Notes under the pieces: model-generated
Seen by the model: the letters and a program-made list of their open reading frames with translations, nothing else
What the model was told of the DNA's origin: nothing
Database searches by the model: none
Translations under genes and position numbers: made by a program
Shown here: one piece after another, positions 27,201 to 42,200 of the stretch
How positions within the stretch are numbered: the first letter of the stretch is position 1
Layout: each line of letters begins with the position of its first letter
Source: Alphaproteobacteria bacterium
GTDB lineage: Bacteria; Pseudomonadota; Alphaproteobacteria; SP197
Direction: 5' to 3'
DNA length: 64,000 nucleotides
NCBI GenBank assembly: GCA_965242595.1
Contig: OZ251464.1
Coordinates: forward strand, 1,982,235 to 2,046,234

Positions 27201-30200
27201 AGCGTCAGCTTCACGGTCTCGTCCGGCTCGTTGATCTTGTCGGCGACCACCTCCGCGTTCAGGGGCTTGGCGGTCTCCCCGGCCGCGAAGGTCAGCGTTC
27301 CCGTGGTCGCCGCGGTCGCGCCCTGGGCGACGGTCAGCATCAGCGCCCCCGACGACAGGGCGGTATAGTCATAACCCGCCGCCGCCGTGCCGGCCCCGGA
27401 CCCGACCACATTGGCGAAGTTCACCTTCACCTCCCGTCCGCTGGCCGCCGACAGCGTGACCTGGAACGAAAGCGCCGTCCTGGTGCTCCCGCCCGCGCTC
27501 CCCTCCGTCACCGTGGGCGAGGAGATCGACAGGGCCGGCGTCGCATCGTCATCGACGATGGCGAGCGTCACGGCGGCCGGATGGGAGATTTCCCCCACGC
27601 TGCTGGCCACCCGGCCCGTCACCGTCACCGCCCCGTCCGCCTCGTCCACGGCATCGCCGACCGCCGCCACCGTCACCACGCCGCTGCTGGCGGTGGCCCC
27701 GGCCGCAATCGTCAGCGTGGTTCCCGTCTGCGTGAAGTCCGCCGCCTCGGTCGCATCCCCCGGCGTCGCCGTCACCGTCACCGTCACCGCCGCGCTGGCG
27801 CTCTTGTCCAGCCGCGCCGTCACCGTCGCCACCCCGCCGCTCTCGGAGAGCGACGCCGACGACAGCGCCAGCGTCACCACCGGCGTATCGTCGTCCGTGA
27901 CGGTCAGCGTCGCGTCGCCCGGGTTCGCCACCCCGTTGCCGCCGCTCGCCACGGCGGAGACCGTCACCTCCAGGGCCGGTGCCACCGCCCGGTTGTCCAC
28001 CGCCGTCACCGTCACCACGCCGGCGCTGGCGGTGGCCCCGGCGGCGATGGTCAGCACCCGGTTGGCGCCGAACGTCACCGCCCCGGCCGGGGCCGCCGCC
28101 AGGCGCAGCGTCACCGCCGCGCTCGATGCCCTGTCGAGGGTCGCCGTCACCGTCGCCACCCCGCCCGCCTCGGAAATCTCGCCCGGCGTCAGCGCCAGCG
28201 TCGCCACCGGCGTGGCATCGTCGTCGGCGAGCGTCAGGATAGCGGCGCGCGGGTTCGCCACCCCATGGCCGCCGGCGGCCGTGGCCGAGATCGTCACCGG
28301 CTTGTCGGGCGAATCCACGTCGTTGCCCACCGCCGTCACCGTCACCACGCCGCTGCTGACGGTGGCGCCGGCCGCGATGGTGAGCGTGGTTCCCGTCTGC
28401 GCGAAATCCGCCGCCACCGCCCCGGCGCCGGGCGCGGCCGCCACCGTCAGCGTCACCGCCGCGCTCGATGTCCCGCTCAGCGTCGCCGTCACCGTCGCCA
28501 CCCCGCCGCTCTCGGAGATCGACGCCGGCGCCAGCGCCAGCAGGGCCGTCGGCGTGGCATCGTCGTCGGCGATCTCCAGCGTCGCGGCCGCCGCCTGGCC
28601 GCCACCCGAAAGCGCGCCGGAGACCGTCACCCGCTTCGCCAGCGCGTCCACGTCGTTGTCCACCGCCGTCACCGTCACCACGCCGCTGCTGGCGGTGGCA
28701 CTGGCGGCGATGGTGAGCGTCGTGGCCCCGGACAACATGAAATCCGCCGCCGCCGCCCCCGATGCCGTCACCGCCATCGCCGCCACCGTCACCGTCACCG
28801 CCGCCGCGTCGGGGCGGTTGCGCACCGCCGTCACCGTCGCCACCCCGCCCGCCTCGGAGATCGACGACGACGACAACCGCAGCAGCACCTGCGCCGGGCC
28901 GTCGTCCTCATAGACGGTCAGCGTCGCATCGCCCGGCGCCGCCACCCCGTTGCCGCCGGTGACCGCGCCGGAGACCGTCACCGACTTGTTGCTGGCATCC
29001 ACGATGGCGTCTTCGTTGGCCGTCACCGTCACCGCCCCGCTGCTGGCGGTCTCGCCGGCCGCAATCGTCAGCGTCCTGGCCGCGGACAGGGTGAAATCGC
29101 CCAGCGCGGCCCCCGCCCCCGGCGCCGCCGAGACCGTCACCGTCACCGCCTCGCTGCTGGCGCCGGAAAGGGTGGCCGTCACCGTCGCCACCCCGCCATC
29201 CTCCGAAATCGCCGTCGGCGCCAGCGCCAGCGTCGCCGTCGGCAGCGCCTCGTCGTCGTTCACCGTCGCCGAAACGGTGGCATCCGCCAGCGCCTGGTAG
29301 GCGGCGTTGCCCGCGCTCGCCGTCGCCAGCGTGATGGCGACCACCCGGTCCGGCTCGTCCACGGCATCGTCCACCGCCCTCACCGTCACCGTCTGCGCCG
29401 TCGCCCAGTCGCCATCGCCGAAGCTCAGGGTCTGCGCGGCCGCAAAGCCGGACAAGCTCGCACCGGCGCCGCGGGCCAGCTCCACCTGGCCGGCATCCGC
29501 GCCCGCCGTCGTCACGCTCACCGTCACATCCGCCAGCGGCCGCTTCGCCAGCGCCACCGTAAAGGCCACCCCGGCCCCGCCCTCGCTCACCGTCACCGCG
29601 CTGCGCGACAGCGCCAGCCCGGCCGCATCCACATTGGTGGTGCGCGCCTTGGCCGTGGTCGCCGCCACCAGGCTGTAGGCGTCCGTGGCCGCGCTCGCCG
29701 GCTTCAGCGTCAGGTCGTAGTCCCAGTCGCCGTCCACCGCGTCGTCGCTCACGCCGGCCAGGGTCACGGTCTGCGCCGTCGCCCAGTCGCTGGCGGTGAA
29801 GGTCAGCTCCAGTGTCGCCGCCGCCGCCGCGCCGCCGGCAGACAGCCTGCCTTCGCTGGCATCGCCGCTCGTCGCCCGCAGCGTCACATCCGCCGTCGGC
29901 TGGCTGGCCAGCCTGGCCGTGAAGCTCGCCGTGGCGCCCTCCGCCACCGTCACCCATGGCTGGCTGGCATCCGCCGGCAGCGCCGGGTCCAGCACCAGCC
30001 CGGCGGCATCGTCTTCCACGATCCGCAGCGTCAGGGAGCCGGGATGGGCCACCGCATGGGCCGCATCCGCCGCCCTGCCGGACGTCCCCGAAACCCGGAC
30101 CTGCTTCGTCGTTCCGGTCAGGGTGGAATCGATGGCGTCGTTCACCGCCGTGATCGTCACCGTGCCGGTGCTGACGGTGGCGCCGGGCGCAATCGCCAGC

Positions 30201-33200
30201 ATCTTGTTCACGGAAAGGGCGAAATCGTCCGCCGCCGCCGACGCGCCCGCCGCCGCCGCCACCGTGATCGTCAGCGCGGCATGGGAGGGCCGGTCCAGGC
30301 TGGCCGTCACCACCGCCTGGCGCAGCCCGGCCGCCGCCGCTTCGTCTTCCTGGATCTCCGCCTGCGACAAGGTCAACGTCGCCACCGGCGCCGGGTCGTC
30401 GTCGGTCAGCGTCAGGGTCTGCGTCAGCCCGGCGCCGGCGGCGATGCCGTGCCCATTGGCCGCCATGCCCGAAATCGTCACGCCCTTCGCCGGTGAATCG
30501 GTCTCGTTGTCCACCGCCGTCACCGTCACCCGCCCGCTGCTGGCGCTCCCGCCGGCCGCAATCGTCAGCGTTCTGGCCGCCGACAGCGCGAAATCGCCAG
30601 CCGCCGCCCCCGCGCCCGCCGCCGCCGCCACCGTGATCGTGGTGGCCGCGCTGGAGGGCCGGTCCAGCGCCGCCGTCACCGTCGCCACCCCGCCATTCTC
30701 GGAGATCGACGCCGGCGACAGCGCCAGCGTCGCCGCCGGGGCCGCATCGTCGTCCAGCAGCGTCAGCGTCACCGCCACCGGCTGGGTGATGGTGCGCCCG
30801 CTCGCCGCGCTCCCCGAAACCCGCACGCTCTTCGCCGGCGCATCCACCCGGTTGTCGCTGGCGGTGATCGTCACCGCCCCCGTGCTGACGGTCGCGCCGG
30901 CCGCGATCTCCAGCACCGTTCCCGTCAGGGTGAAATCGCCAGCCACCGCCCCCGATGCCGTCACCGCCGTCGCCGCCACCGTCACCGTCACCGTCGCCCG
31001 CGACGTCCGGTCCAGCGTCGCCGTCACCGATGCCACCCCGCCATTCTCGGAAATCGCCCCCGGCGTCAGCGCCAGCGTCACCTGCGGCGCGCCGTCGTCG
31101 TCGGCGATGGCCAGCGTCACCGCCGCCGGGTCCGCCACCCCGTTGCCGCCGCTCGCCCGCCCGGCAATCCGCACCTGCTTGCCGGCCTCCGGCAGCGTGT
31201 CATCCACCGCCACCAGCGTCACCCGCCCGCGGCTCGCCGTCTCGCCAGCGGCGATGGTCAGCGTGGTCGCTGTCGAAAGCTCGTAATCGTCGCCGCTGGC
31301 ATTGGTTCCCGCCATCGCCGAGACCGCAATCGTCACCGCCAGGTTCGATTTGCCGGTCAGCGTCGCCGTCACCGTGGCGATGCCGCCATTCTCCGTAATC
31401 GGGTTGCGCGACAGCGCCAGCGCCGCCACCGGCAGCGTCTCGTCTTCCGTCAGCGTCACCTCCACCGCCGCCGGCGCCGCCAGGCGCCCATGGCCGCCCG
31501 TCACCGTCGCCCGCACCGCCACCCTGCGGTCCTCGCCCGGCTCATGCACATCGTTGTCGCTCGCCGTCACCGTCGCCACCCCGCTGCTGACGGTGGCCCC
31601 GGGCGCGAAGGTCAGCGTCGCCGCCGCCGACAGGGCGAAATCGCCCGCCACCGCATGGGTTCCCGGCACCGCCGCCGCCGCCAGCGTCAGCGTCGCCGCC
31701 GCGCTGGAGGCCCCGGTCAGCGTCGCCGTCACCGTCGCCACGCCGCCATTCTCCGTAATCGCCATCGCCGAGACCGCCAGCGCCAGCGTCGGCGTGGCAT
31801 CGTCGTCCACCACCGTCGCCGTCACCGTCTCGCTCAGGCCGTGATAGAGCCCGTCCCCGGTGCTGGCCGTCGTCAGCGCGATCTCCACCTGCTCGCTGGC
31901 GGCCTCGTCCAGGGCATCGTCCACCGCCCGCAGGCTCAGCGTCTGCGCCGTCTCCCAGTCCGCCGCCGTGAAGGTCAGCGTCTGCGACGCCGCAAAGCCC
32001 GCCCCGGCCGCCAGCAGCGCGTCCCCGTCGTCGCCGCTTGTGGCGGTGACGGTCACGTTCGCCTGCGGCCGACTCGCCAGCGCCACCGTAAAGCTGGCAT
32101 CCGCCCCGCCCTCGCTCACCGTCACCGCCTGGCTGGAGAGCGCCAGCCCCGCCACATCGTCGTCGGTGGTCTTCACATCCGCGCTCACCGTCGCCAGCCG
32201 GTCATAGGCATCCACCCCCGCGCCGGCCGCGTCCGCATTCAGGCGCACCTGCCAGTCGCCGGCCCCATCGACGGCAGCGTCGTCCACCCCGGTCACCGTC
32301 ACCGTCTGCGCCGTCTCCCAATCCGCCGCCGTGAAGGTCAGCGCCGTCGGCAAAACCCTGCCCTGGGCCGCGTCCGAACTCGCCACCGTCACCGTCACCG
32401 CCACCGTCGGACGCGAGGTCAGCGCCACCGTGAAGCTGGCATCGTCTCCCTCCTCCACCACCAGCCAGGGCCGGCCCACCGGGATCGCCGGCGCCAGCGC
32501 CAGGCCGATGGCATCGTCCTCCAGGATGGTCAGCTCCACGGTCGCCGGGGCGGCCAGCCCGCCCGACGCCAGCCCCGAAACCGTCACCCTCTTGCCGTCC
32601 AGCGCGCCATCGACCCGCGAGTCGATGGCGTCGTCCTGCGCCGTCACCGTCACCACCCCCGCGCTCGCCGTGGCCCCGGCGGCGATGGTCAGGGTGGTGG
32701 CCTGCGAAAGCGCGAAGTCGTCGGCCGCCGCATTGGTCCCCGGCGCCGCCGAGATCGTCACCGTGGTCGCCGTCCTCGCCACCCCGCTCAGACTCGCCGT
32801 CACGACCGCCCGCCGCGCGCCGGCGGCCGCGTCGCCGTCTTCCTCGATGCTGGCGCGCGAAAGCGCCAGCGTCACCGTCGGCGCCGCATCGTCGTCGGCG
32901 ACGGTCAGCGTCACCGCCGTGGGCGCCGCCACCCCGTTGCCGCCAGCCACCATGGCCGCCACCGTCACGCTTTTGTCCGGCCCATAGTCGCTGTCGTCCT
33001 GCGCCGTCACCGTCACCACCCCCGCGCTCGCCGTCTGCCCGGCCGCAATCGTCAGCGTCGCCGCCGTCGAAAGCGCGAAGTCCCCGGCCACCGCTTCCGT
33101 TCCCGGCGTCGCCGTCACCGTCGCCGTCACCGCTTCGCTCGACGGCCCCGACAGCGTCGCCGTCACCGTGCTGACATTGCCCGCCCCGCTCTCGCTGATC

Positions 33201-36200
33201 GTGTCCGGCTGCGCCGCATCCGGCTCCGACAGCGCCAGCGTCACCACGGGCAGGGTTTCGTCGTCCACGATGGTGCCGGTTCCCAGCAGCGTCCCCAGCG
33301 CCGCATTGCCGGCCGGCCCCAGGCTCAGCGCCACCGTCTCGTCGCCTTCGTGAACGTCGTCGCCCGTCACCGTCACCGCCACGCTCTTGCCGGTCTCGCC
33401 GGCCGCGAAGGTCAGCGTGCCGCCGCTGAACGCCGTGTAATCGCTTCCCGCCGTGGCGCTGCCGGGCGGGTTCCACGCCCCCCAGCCCACCGTCACCCGC
33501 TTGCCGCTGACCGCATCCAGCGTCACCGCGAAGGTCAGCGCCGCGCTGTCGCCGACATCGCCTTCGGCCACGCTGGGCGACGAGATCGACACCGCCGGCG
33601 GGTTGTCGTCGTCCACCAGCGTCAGCATCGCCGGGGCCGAATTCGCCACCGCAACCGTGCCGCCGGTGGACGCGATGCCCCAGATCCTCACCTTCTGATC
33701 CGCCTCGTCGATGGCATCGCCCACCGCCGCCACCGTCACCACGCCCACGCTGGCGCCCGCCGCCGGCGCAAAAACCAGCGTCCTTCCCGAGCTCAGCGCG
33801 AAATCGCCCGCCTGCGTGTCCGCGCCCGGGGCCGCCGATACCGTCACCGTCACCGCCTGATGCTCCAGCACCGGGCTCAGCACCGCCGTCACCGTCGCCA
33901 CCCCGCCGGTCTCCGAGATCGAGCTGGACGACAGCGACAGCGCCACCACCGAGCCACCGTCGTCGTCCACCAGCGTCAGCGTCTCGGCGGCCGGGTTCGC
34001 CAGCGCCCCATTGCCCCCGGCCACCGTTCCCGTCACCGTCGCCTGCCGGTTCACCGTGTCCGCCATATTGTCCACCGCCGTCACGGTCACACCCCCCGCG
34101 CTGACCGTGGCCCCGGCCGCGACGGTCAGCGTGGTCGCCGCCGACAGCGTGAAGTCGTTCGCCACCGTGTCGGTTCCCGCCGCCGGCGCCGCCGCCACCG
34201 TCACCGTCACCGCTTCGCTGGAGGGATGGGACAGCGCCGCCGTCACCGACGCCACTCCCCCGTTCTCCAGAATCGACGATGGCGTCAGCAACAGCGTCAC
34301 CGTCGGGATCGCCTCGTCCTCCCGGATATTCAGCGTTGCCGACCCCGTGTCGGTCACCGTCTGCCCATCCACCGGCGTCGCCGCCACGGTGGCCGAAATC
34401 GTCACCTGCTTGTCCGTCGATCCCCACGCCGGGCCGTGAACGTCGTCATCCACGGCCGTCACCGTCACCACCCCGGCGCTGGCCGTGGCCCCGGCCGCGA
34501 TGGTGAGGGTGGTTGCGCTGGAAAGGGTGAAATCGCCCGCCGCCGCATGGGTTCCAGGGGCGGCGGCCACCGTCACCGTCACCGCCACGCTCGACGGCCG
34601 GTTCAGCACCGCCGTCACCGTCGCCACCCCGCCCGCCTCCGAAATCGATCCCGGAGTCAGGACCAGCGAGGCCTGCGGCGTCGCATCGTCGTCGGCGATG
34701 GCGAGCTCCACCCCCGCCGGGTCCGCCACCAGGCCATAGCTGTCGCTTGCCACGCCGGTCACCGTCACCGTCTTCGCTGGCGAATCGCTCTCGTCGTCCA
34801 CCGCCGTCACCGTCACCACGCCGCCGCTGGCCGTGGCCCCGGCCGCGATGGTCAGCGTCTTCGCCGCCGACAGCGTGAAATCCCCCACCGCCGCGTTCGC
34901 CCCCGCCATGGCCGCCACCGTCACCGTGATCGCCTGGCCCGAGACGCCGCCGGCCAGCCCGGCCGTCACCGTCGCCACATTGTTGGCCCCGCTCTCGTCG
35001 ATGGACGCGCGCGAAAGGGCCAGCGTCAGCGTCGGCGTGGCATCGTCGTCCGTGATGGTCAGCGCCGTCCCGGTCACATCCACCGCCCCCTGGGCGTTGG
35101 CCCCGGTGCCGGTCAGCGTCACCGTCCCGTCCGGGGAATCCCAGGCGTTGGCGACCGCCGTCACGCTCACCGTTCCCGCGCTGGCGACCTCCCCCACCGC
35201 GATGGTCAGCGTCTTCGCGCCCGACAGCGTGAACGCGCCATCCTCGGTATGCGCCCCCGCCGCCGCCGCCACCGTGACGGTCACCGCCGTCACCGCCGCC
35301 CCGTTCAGCGTCGCCGTCACCGTCGCGATACCCCCCGCCTCCGCAATCGGGTTGGCCGACAGCATCAGCGCCGCCACCGGGCGGTCGTCGTCCACGATGG
35401 TCAGCGTCGCCGCGCGCGGATGCGCCACCCCGTTGCCGCCCACCGCCGTGGCCACCACCGCCACCGCCGCATCCGCCGCGTCATGGCTGTTGTCGTTGGC
35501 CGTCACCGTCACCCGCCCCGTGCTGGCGGTCGCCCCGGCCGCAATCGTCAGCACCGCCCCCGCCTGGCGGAAGGCGCCCGCCCGCGCCGGCGCCACCGGC
35601 GTGGTCGCCACCGTCACCGTCACCGCCGCGCTCGACGGACCCGAAAGCGCCGCCGTGATCGTCGCCACCCCGCCCGCCTCCGCAATCGACGCCGGCGACA
35701 GCGCCAGCGTCACCGACGGCAGCGCCTCGTCGTCGGCCAGCGTCAGCGCCACCGCCGCCGGCGCCGCCACGCCATGGCCCCCGGTCGCCATGGCCGAAAT
35801 CCGCGCCCGCTTGTCCGGCGCATCCACATCGTTGCCGTTCGCCGTCACCGTCACCTGCCCGCTGCTGGCGGTATCCCCGGCCGCAATCGTCAGCGTCCTG
35901 GCCGCGCTGAGGTCGAAATCGGCCGCCACCGCCCCGCTGGCGGTCAGCGCGGCCGCCGCCACCGTCACCGTCACCGCCGCGCTGGAAGCATGCGACAGCG
36001 CCGCCGTCACCGTCGCCACCCCGCCGCTCTCGGAGATCGCCGCCGACGACAGCGCCAGCGTCAGCGTCGGCAGCGCGTCGTCGTCGGCGATGGTGCCCGC
36101 CGCCATCGCCGTTCCCAGGCGCGCGTTCACCGGCGCGTCGAGGGCCAGGCGCACCGTCTCGTCCAGCTCGTCGGTGTCGTCGCCGCTCACCGTCACGTCC

Positions 36201-39200
36201 ACGCTTTTGGCGGTCTCGCCAGGCGCGAACGTCAGCACCCCCGATGCCAGCGCCAGGTAATCCACGCCCTGGCTGGCGCTGCCGCCCACATCCTCGGCAT
36301 ATTCCACCTTCACCTGCCTGCCGCTGGCCGCGTCCAGCGTCACCGGCAGGGCCAGGATGGCCGTCTCCCCCGCCGCCCCCTCGGCCACGCTGGCGGCGGC
36401 GATGGCCACCACCGGCTGCGGGTCGTCGTCCAGGATCGTCACCGTCACCGCGTTCGCGTCCAGCGCGCCGCCGCCCATGGCCCGCCCGCTCACCGTCGCC
36501 CTCTCCTCGCCTTCATCCAGGGCGTCGTCGGCCGCCGCGATCGTCACCACCCCCGTGCTGGCGGTCGCCCCGGGCGCGAACACCAGGTCGGTGGCCGCGC
36601 TCAGCGCCAGATCCGCCCCCGTCGCCGGCGGCTGCGCCGTCACCGTCACCCGCACCGTCACCGCCGCCGTCGCCGCCGGGTTCAGCGTCGCCGTCACCGT
36701 CGCCGCCCCGCCCGCCTCCGAGAGCGTGGCCGACGACAGCGCCAGCACCGCCTGCGGCGCCCCATCGTCATCTACAATGGTCAGCTCCACCTCCGCCGGG
36801 TCCGCCACCCCGTTGCCGCCCGCCGCCTGCCCCCTCACCGTCACCGCCACCGCCACCTTGCCGTCCGCCTCGTCCCTGTTGTTGTCGTTGGCCGTCACCG
36901 TCACCCGCCCGGCGCTGGCGGTCGCCCCGGCCGCAATCGTCAGCGTCGCCCCGCTCTGGGTGAAATCGCTGGCGCTGGCCCCCGCGCCCGCCGCCGCCGT
37001 CACCGTCACCGTCACCGCCGCGCCCGAGGGATGGGAAAGCCTGGCCGTCACCGTCGCCTCGCCGCCGTTCTCGGCGATGGCGGCCGGCGCCAGCGCCAGC
37101 GTCAGCGTCGGCAGGGAATCGTCGTCGCTGAGCGTCAGCCGCGCCCCGGCGACATTCCCGGCCGCCACATCGTTGGCCACCGAGGCCGTCACCGTCACCA
37201 CCCGCCCGGCGCTGCCCTCATGGGCATGGTTGTCCACCGCCGTCACGATGGCCGTGTCGGAGGCGGCGCTCGTCGCCCCGGAAGCGATCACGATCACCGC
37301 GTCCGAACCCACGCCATAGGCCCCCGCCACCGGCGTCAGCGTGACGGTGGTCGCCGCCGGCGAGGGGCCGGAAAGCGTCGCCGTCACCGTCGCCACCTCG
37401 CCCGCCTCCGAAATCGTGGCCGGGGCCACCGCCAGCGTCACCTCCGGCGCCCCCTCGTCGTCGGCGATGGTCAGCATGGCGGCCACCGGGCGCTCCGTGC
37501 CGGTGGGGAAGCTGTGACGGTTGCTCATGCTGCCCGAAACCGTCACCTGCTTCGCCGCCCCGTGGACGTCGTTGTCGCTGGCGGTCACCGTCACCCGCCC
37601 GCCGCTCGCCGTCGCCCCGGCCGCAACCGTCAGCGTCGTCGTCGCCGACAGCGTGAAGTCCCCCGGCGCCGCATTGGTTCCAGCCGCCGCTGCCACCGTC
37701 ACCGTGGTCGCCGCCGCCGATGGGTGCGACAGCGCCGCCGTCACCGTCGCCACCCCGCCCGCCTCGGAAATCGTGGCCGGCGTCACCGCCAGCCTCGCGG
37801 TCGGCGCCGCATCGTCGTCGGCCAGGCTCAGCGTCACCGCCGCCGCATCCGCCATCCCCGCCGGGCCGTCCGCGCTTGCCGTCACCGTCACCTGCTTCGC
37901 CGGGCCGTCCGTGTCGTCGTCCACCGCCGTCACCGTCACCCGCCCGCTGCTGGCGCTCTGCCCCGCCGCGACGGTCAGGGTGTTCGGCGCCGACAGCGTG
38001 AAGTCCCGCGCCTGCGCGTTCGTCCCGGCCGCCGCCACCACCGTCAGCGTGGTCGCCACCGCCGCCGGGCGCGACAGCGCCGCCGTCACCGTCGCCACCC
38101 CGCCCGCCTCCGAAACCGTGGCCGGCGTCAGCGCCAGCACCGCCTGCGGCACCGCATCGTCGTCGTTCAGCGTCAGCATGGCCCCGGTCACCTCGCTGTC
38201 CGCCCCCACATCGTTCGCCACCGACGCCGTCACCGTCACGCTGCGCCCGGCGCCGCCCTGGTGGACGTCGTCGTTCACCGCCGTCACCGTCGCCTCGTCG
38301 TCCTTGTTGCTGGTCGCGCCGCCCGCGATGACGATGGTGGCATCGCCCACCGCATAGTCCCCCGCCACCGGCGCCACCGTGACGGTGGTCGCCGCCCCCG
38401 ATGGATGCGACAGGGTCGCCGTCACCGTCGCCACCCCGCCCGCCTCCGAAACCGAAGCCGGCGCTACCGCCAGCGTCACCTCCGGCGTGGCGTCGTCGTC
38501 CACGATGGTGAGCGTCACGCCCAGCGGTCTCTCCACCGCGCTGTCGCCGTCGGTCACGCCGGAGACCGACAGAACCAGGTCGGCCGCATCCACGTCGTCG
38601 GCCACCCCCGCCACCCACAACTCCTCCGTGCTGGCGGTCGCGCCCGCCGCGATGGTCAGGTCTGAGGCCGAGCTGATCTTGAAACCGTCCTTGTCCTCGG
38701 GCGACAGCGAGTTCGCCACGCTCACATAGATCGTCACCGCCGTCTGCACCGTCTTCGACAGGCTGGCCGTCACCGTCGCCCGCCCGCCCGCCTCGGCGAT
38801 CGACGTCGCAGACAGCATCAGCGTCGCCACCGCCGGGCCGTCGTTGTCGCGGATCGTCACGGTCGGGGCATTCGCATCCTGATGGTTGCTGATGATCGTC
38901 ACCCCCTGGTCGTTCGTCGCCGTGCCCGTCAGCACCACGAGCTTGCCGTCATCCTCGTCGCTGTTCTCCACCGCCGTCAGCGTCACCACCCCCGTGCTGG
39001 CGGTTTGCCCGGCCGCGATGGTCAGCTTCGTGCCGGTCAGCGTGTAGTCGCTGCTATCCGTGTCCTTCCCCCCCGTCGCCGTCACCGTCACCGTGGTCGC
39101 CGCGCTCGAGGGATGGGAGAGGCTGGCGGTCACCGTCGCCACCCCGCCCGCCTCGGCGATGGTGGAGGGCGTCGCCGTCAGCACCGCCTGCGGCGCGCCA

Positions 39201-42200
39201 TCGTCGTCGCGGACGGTCAGGGTGGCGCCCGCCACCGTCACCGCCCCGTTGCCGCCCGACGCCTGCCCCGTCACCGTCACGCTGTTGTCGGGCGCATCGG
39301 TGGCGTTGTCCTTCGCCGTCGCCGTCACCGCCCCCGTGCTGGCGCTCGCCCCGGCGGCGATGGTCAGCGTCTTTGCCGCGCTCAGCTCGAAATCCGCATC
39401 CCCCGCCACCGTAACGGTCACCGCGTCGGTCGAGACCGACGTCATGGTCGCCGTCACGGTCGCCATCCCGACATCCTCCGAGATCGACGCCGGCGAAACC
39501 GCCAGCTGCGCCGTGATGGCGTCGTTGTCGGCGATGGTGGCCGTGCCGCTGGCGCCCGCCGCCGCGATACTGGCATCCACCGCCCCGCTCAGGGTGACGA
39601 CCAGGGTCTCGGCCGCCTCGTTCAGGGCATCGTCGCTCACCGTCACCGGGATCGCCCCGCTGGCGGCCCCGGCGGCCAGGGTCAGGGTGCCGGGCGTCAG
39701 CGCCGTGTAATCCGCCCCCGCTGTCGCCGTGCCGGTGCCCGCATCGGCATAGTCCACCGTCACCTGCTTTCCGCTCGCCACGTCCGGCGTCACCGTGAAG
39801 GACAGCGTCCCGACATCCTCCGCCACGCTGGGCGACGAGATCGTCAGCTCCGGCGGGTCGTCGTCGTCGGCGATGGTGCCGGTCGCCGTCGCCGCCGTGC
39901 TGGAAAGCGTCAGATGGGCCGCCCCGGTCAGCCCCACCACCACCGTCTCGTCCGCCTCGTCCGAGCGGTCGTCGCTCACCGCCACCTCGATCTGTCCCGC
40001 GCTCGCGCCGATGGCGAAGGTCAGCGTGCCGGCCGCCAGGGCGGTGTAATCCACCCCCGCCGTCGCCGTGCCGCCGCTCCCCGCGCCGTAATTGACCGTC
40101 GTCTCCCGCCCGCTGGCCGCGTCCAGCGTCACCGCGAACGACAGCGCCGCCCCAGCCTCACCCTCGCCCACCCGCGCCCCGGCGATGGCGACCGTTGGGG
40201 CCGGGTCGTCGTCGGCGATGGTGCCGGTCGCCGTCGCCGCCGTGCTGGAAAGCGTCAGGCCGGTGGCCCCGGTCAGCCCCACCACCACCGTCTCGTCCGC
40301 CTCGTCCAGGGCGTCGTCGCTCACCGCCACCTCGATCCGTCCCGCGGTCACGCCGATGGCGAAGGTCAGCGTGCCGGGTGCCAGCGCCATGTAGTCCACG
40401 CCGGAGCTCGCCGTGCCCGTGCCGGCATCGGCGTAATCCACCGTCGTCTCCCGCCCGCTCGCCGTCACCCCCTGCGCGAAGGCCAGCGTCACCGGGAACG
40501 ACAGCGCCGCCCCGCCCTCGCTCGCCCGCGCCTGGCCGATGGCGACCGACGGCGAGGGGTTGCCGTCGCTCACCGTCACCGTCACGATCACGTCGGCCAG
40601 GCGGTCGTAATCGGCGTCGCCGCTGCTGGCCGCATCCAGCGTGAAGGCGATCCGCTCGTCGTCCTCGTCCACCCGGTCCTCCCGCCCCTGCGCCCCCACC
40701 GTCTGCGCCGTGCTCCAATTGGCGGGCGTGAAGGTCAGCGTCTGCGTGTCCAGGAAACCGCCCCGGATCTTGCCCACCAGCGCCTCTGCGGAGTCGCCGC
40801 TCGTGATCGTCACCGCCACATCCGCCGCCGGCTTGCTCGCCAGCGCCAGCGTGAAGGTCTCCTCTGTTGCCGCGTCCTCCGCCACCGTCACCGCGCTCCG
40901 CGACAGCACCAGCCCGGCCGCGTCCACATCCGTCGTCCGCGCCTTCGCCCGCGCCGTCGCCAGCACCGAATAGGCGTCGCTGGCGCCACCGTCCGCATTC
41001 AGCGCCAGCTCCCAATCCTGGTCGCCGTCCACCGCCCGGTCCGCCGCGCCGGTCACCGTCACCGTCTGCGCCGTCATCCAATTGCCGGGCGTGAAGGTCA
41101 GCGTGGTCGCCGCCGCCGGCGCCGCGCCCCCCGAAGCCAGCAGCCCTTCGCCATCGTCGCCGCTGGTCACCTCCACCGTCGCATTCCCTATCGGCTCGCT
41201 GGCCAGCGCCAGGGTGAAGCTCGCGCTGGCGCCCTCCGCCAGCGTGAACCACGGGGCGTTGGCGTCCGCCGGCGGGGCCGGCGCCAGCGCCAGACCGGCC
41301 GCATCGTCCTCCGTCACCGTCAGCGTCACGTCGGCCGGGTTGCCGTTGCCGCTGGAAACGCCCGACACCACCACCTGCTTGCCGCCGGCCGCCGCATCGA
41401 CGATCGAGTCCACCAGATCGTCCACCGCCGTTACGGTCACCGTCCCGGTGCTGTCCACCGCCCCGGCGGCGATGGTCAGCGTGGTTCCCGTCTGGGTGAA
41501 ATCGTCGGCCGCCGCGTTGGTCCCCGCCCGCGTGGACACGACGACCGTGGTCGCCTCGCTCAGCGCCGCCGCCAGATGGGCCGTCACCGTGGCCATGCGC
41601 GCGGCCGCCGCCGCGCCCGCATCCTCCTCGATGCCGGTCCGCGACAGCGCCAGGGACACATCCGTCGCCCGCCCCATCGCCTCTGCCGAGGGCGGCCCGT
41701 CCGCCGCCCCGGCGCGGGTCGAAATCACCCGCAGCGTGTAATCCACCCCCGCCGTCAGGCCGGTGATGGTCCGGCTCGTGCTTCCCGCGCCGACGACCGT
41801 CGCCTGGCGGGTGGCCACATCGTAGCCTTGCGCCCCCGATTTCCACTGCACCTTGTAGCCGTCCGCCTGCGCCGCCGCCGTCCAGTCCACCTTGAGCGCG
41901 TCCACCGCCGGCGTCGTCGTCACCGAACTCACCCGGTCCGGCGCCCGTGGCAGCACGGTCATGGTCAAGGGCAGGCTGCCGCTGTCGCCATCCCGGTCGC
42001 TTGCGGTCAGCGACCAGGTGGCCGCCGCTGCCGCCGTGGCCGGCGTGCCGCACAGCGTCCGCGCCGCCCCGCAGGCGCCGCTGCCATCGTCGTCGAATTC
42101 CAGCCCCGTCGGCAGCGACAGCGTGGTCGCCAGCCCCGGCCCGCTCAGCGTGTAGCCGAGCGGCAGGTTGCCGGAGACCGCCGCCGGCAGCAGCTGCGAG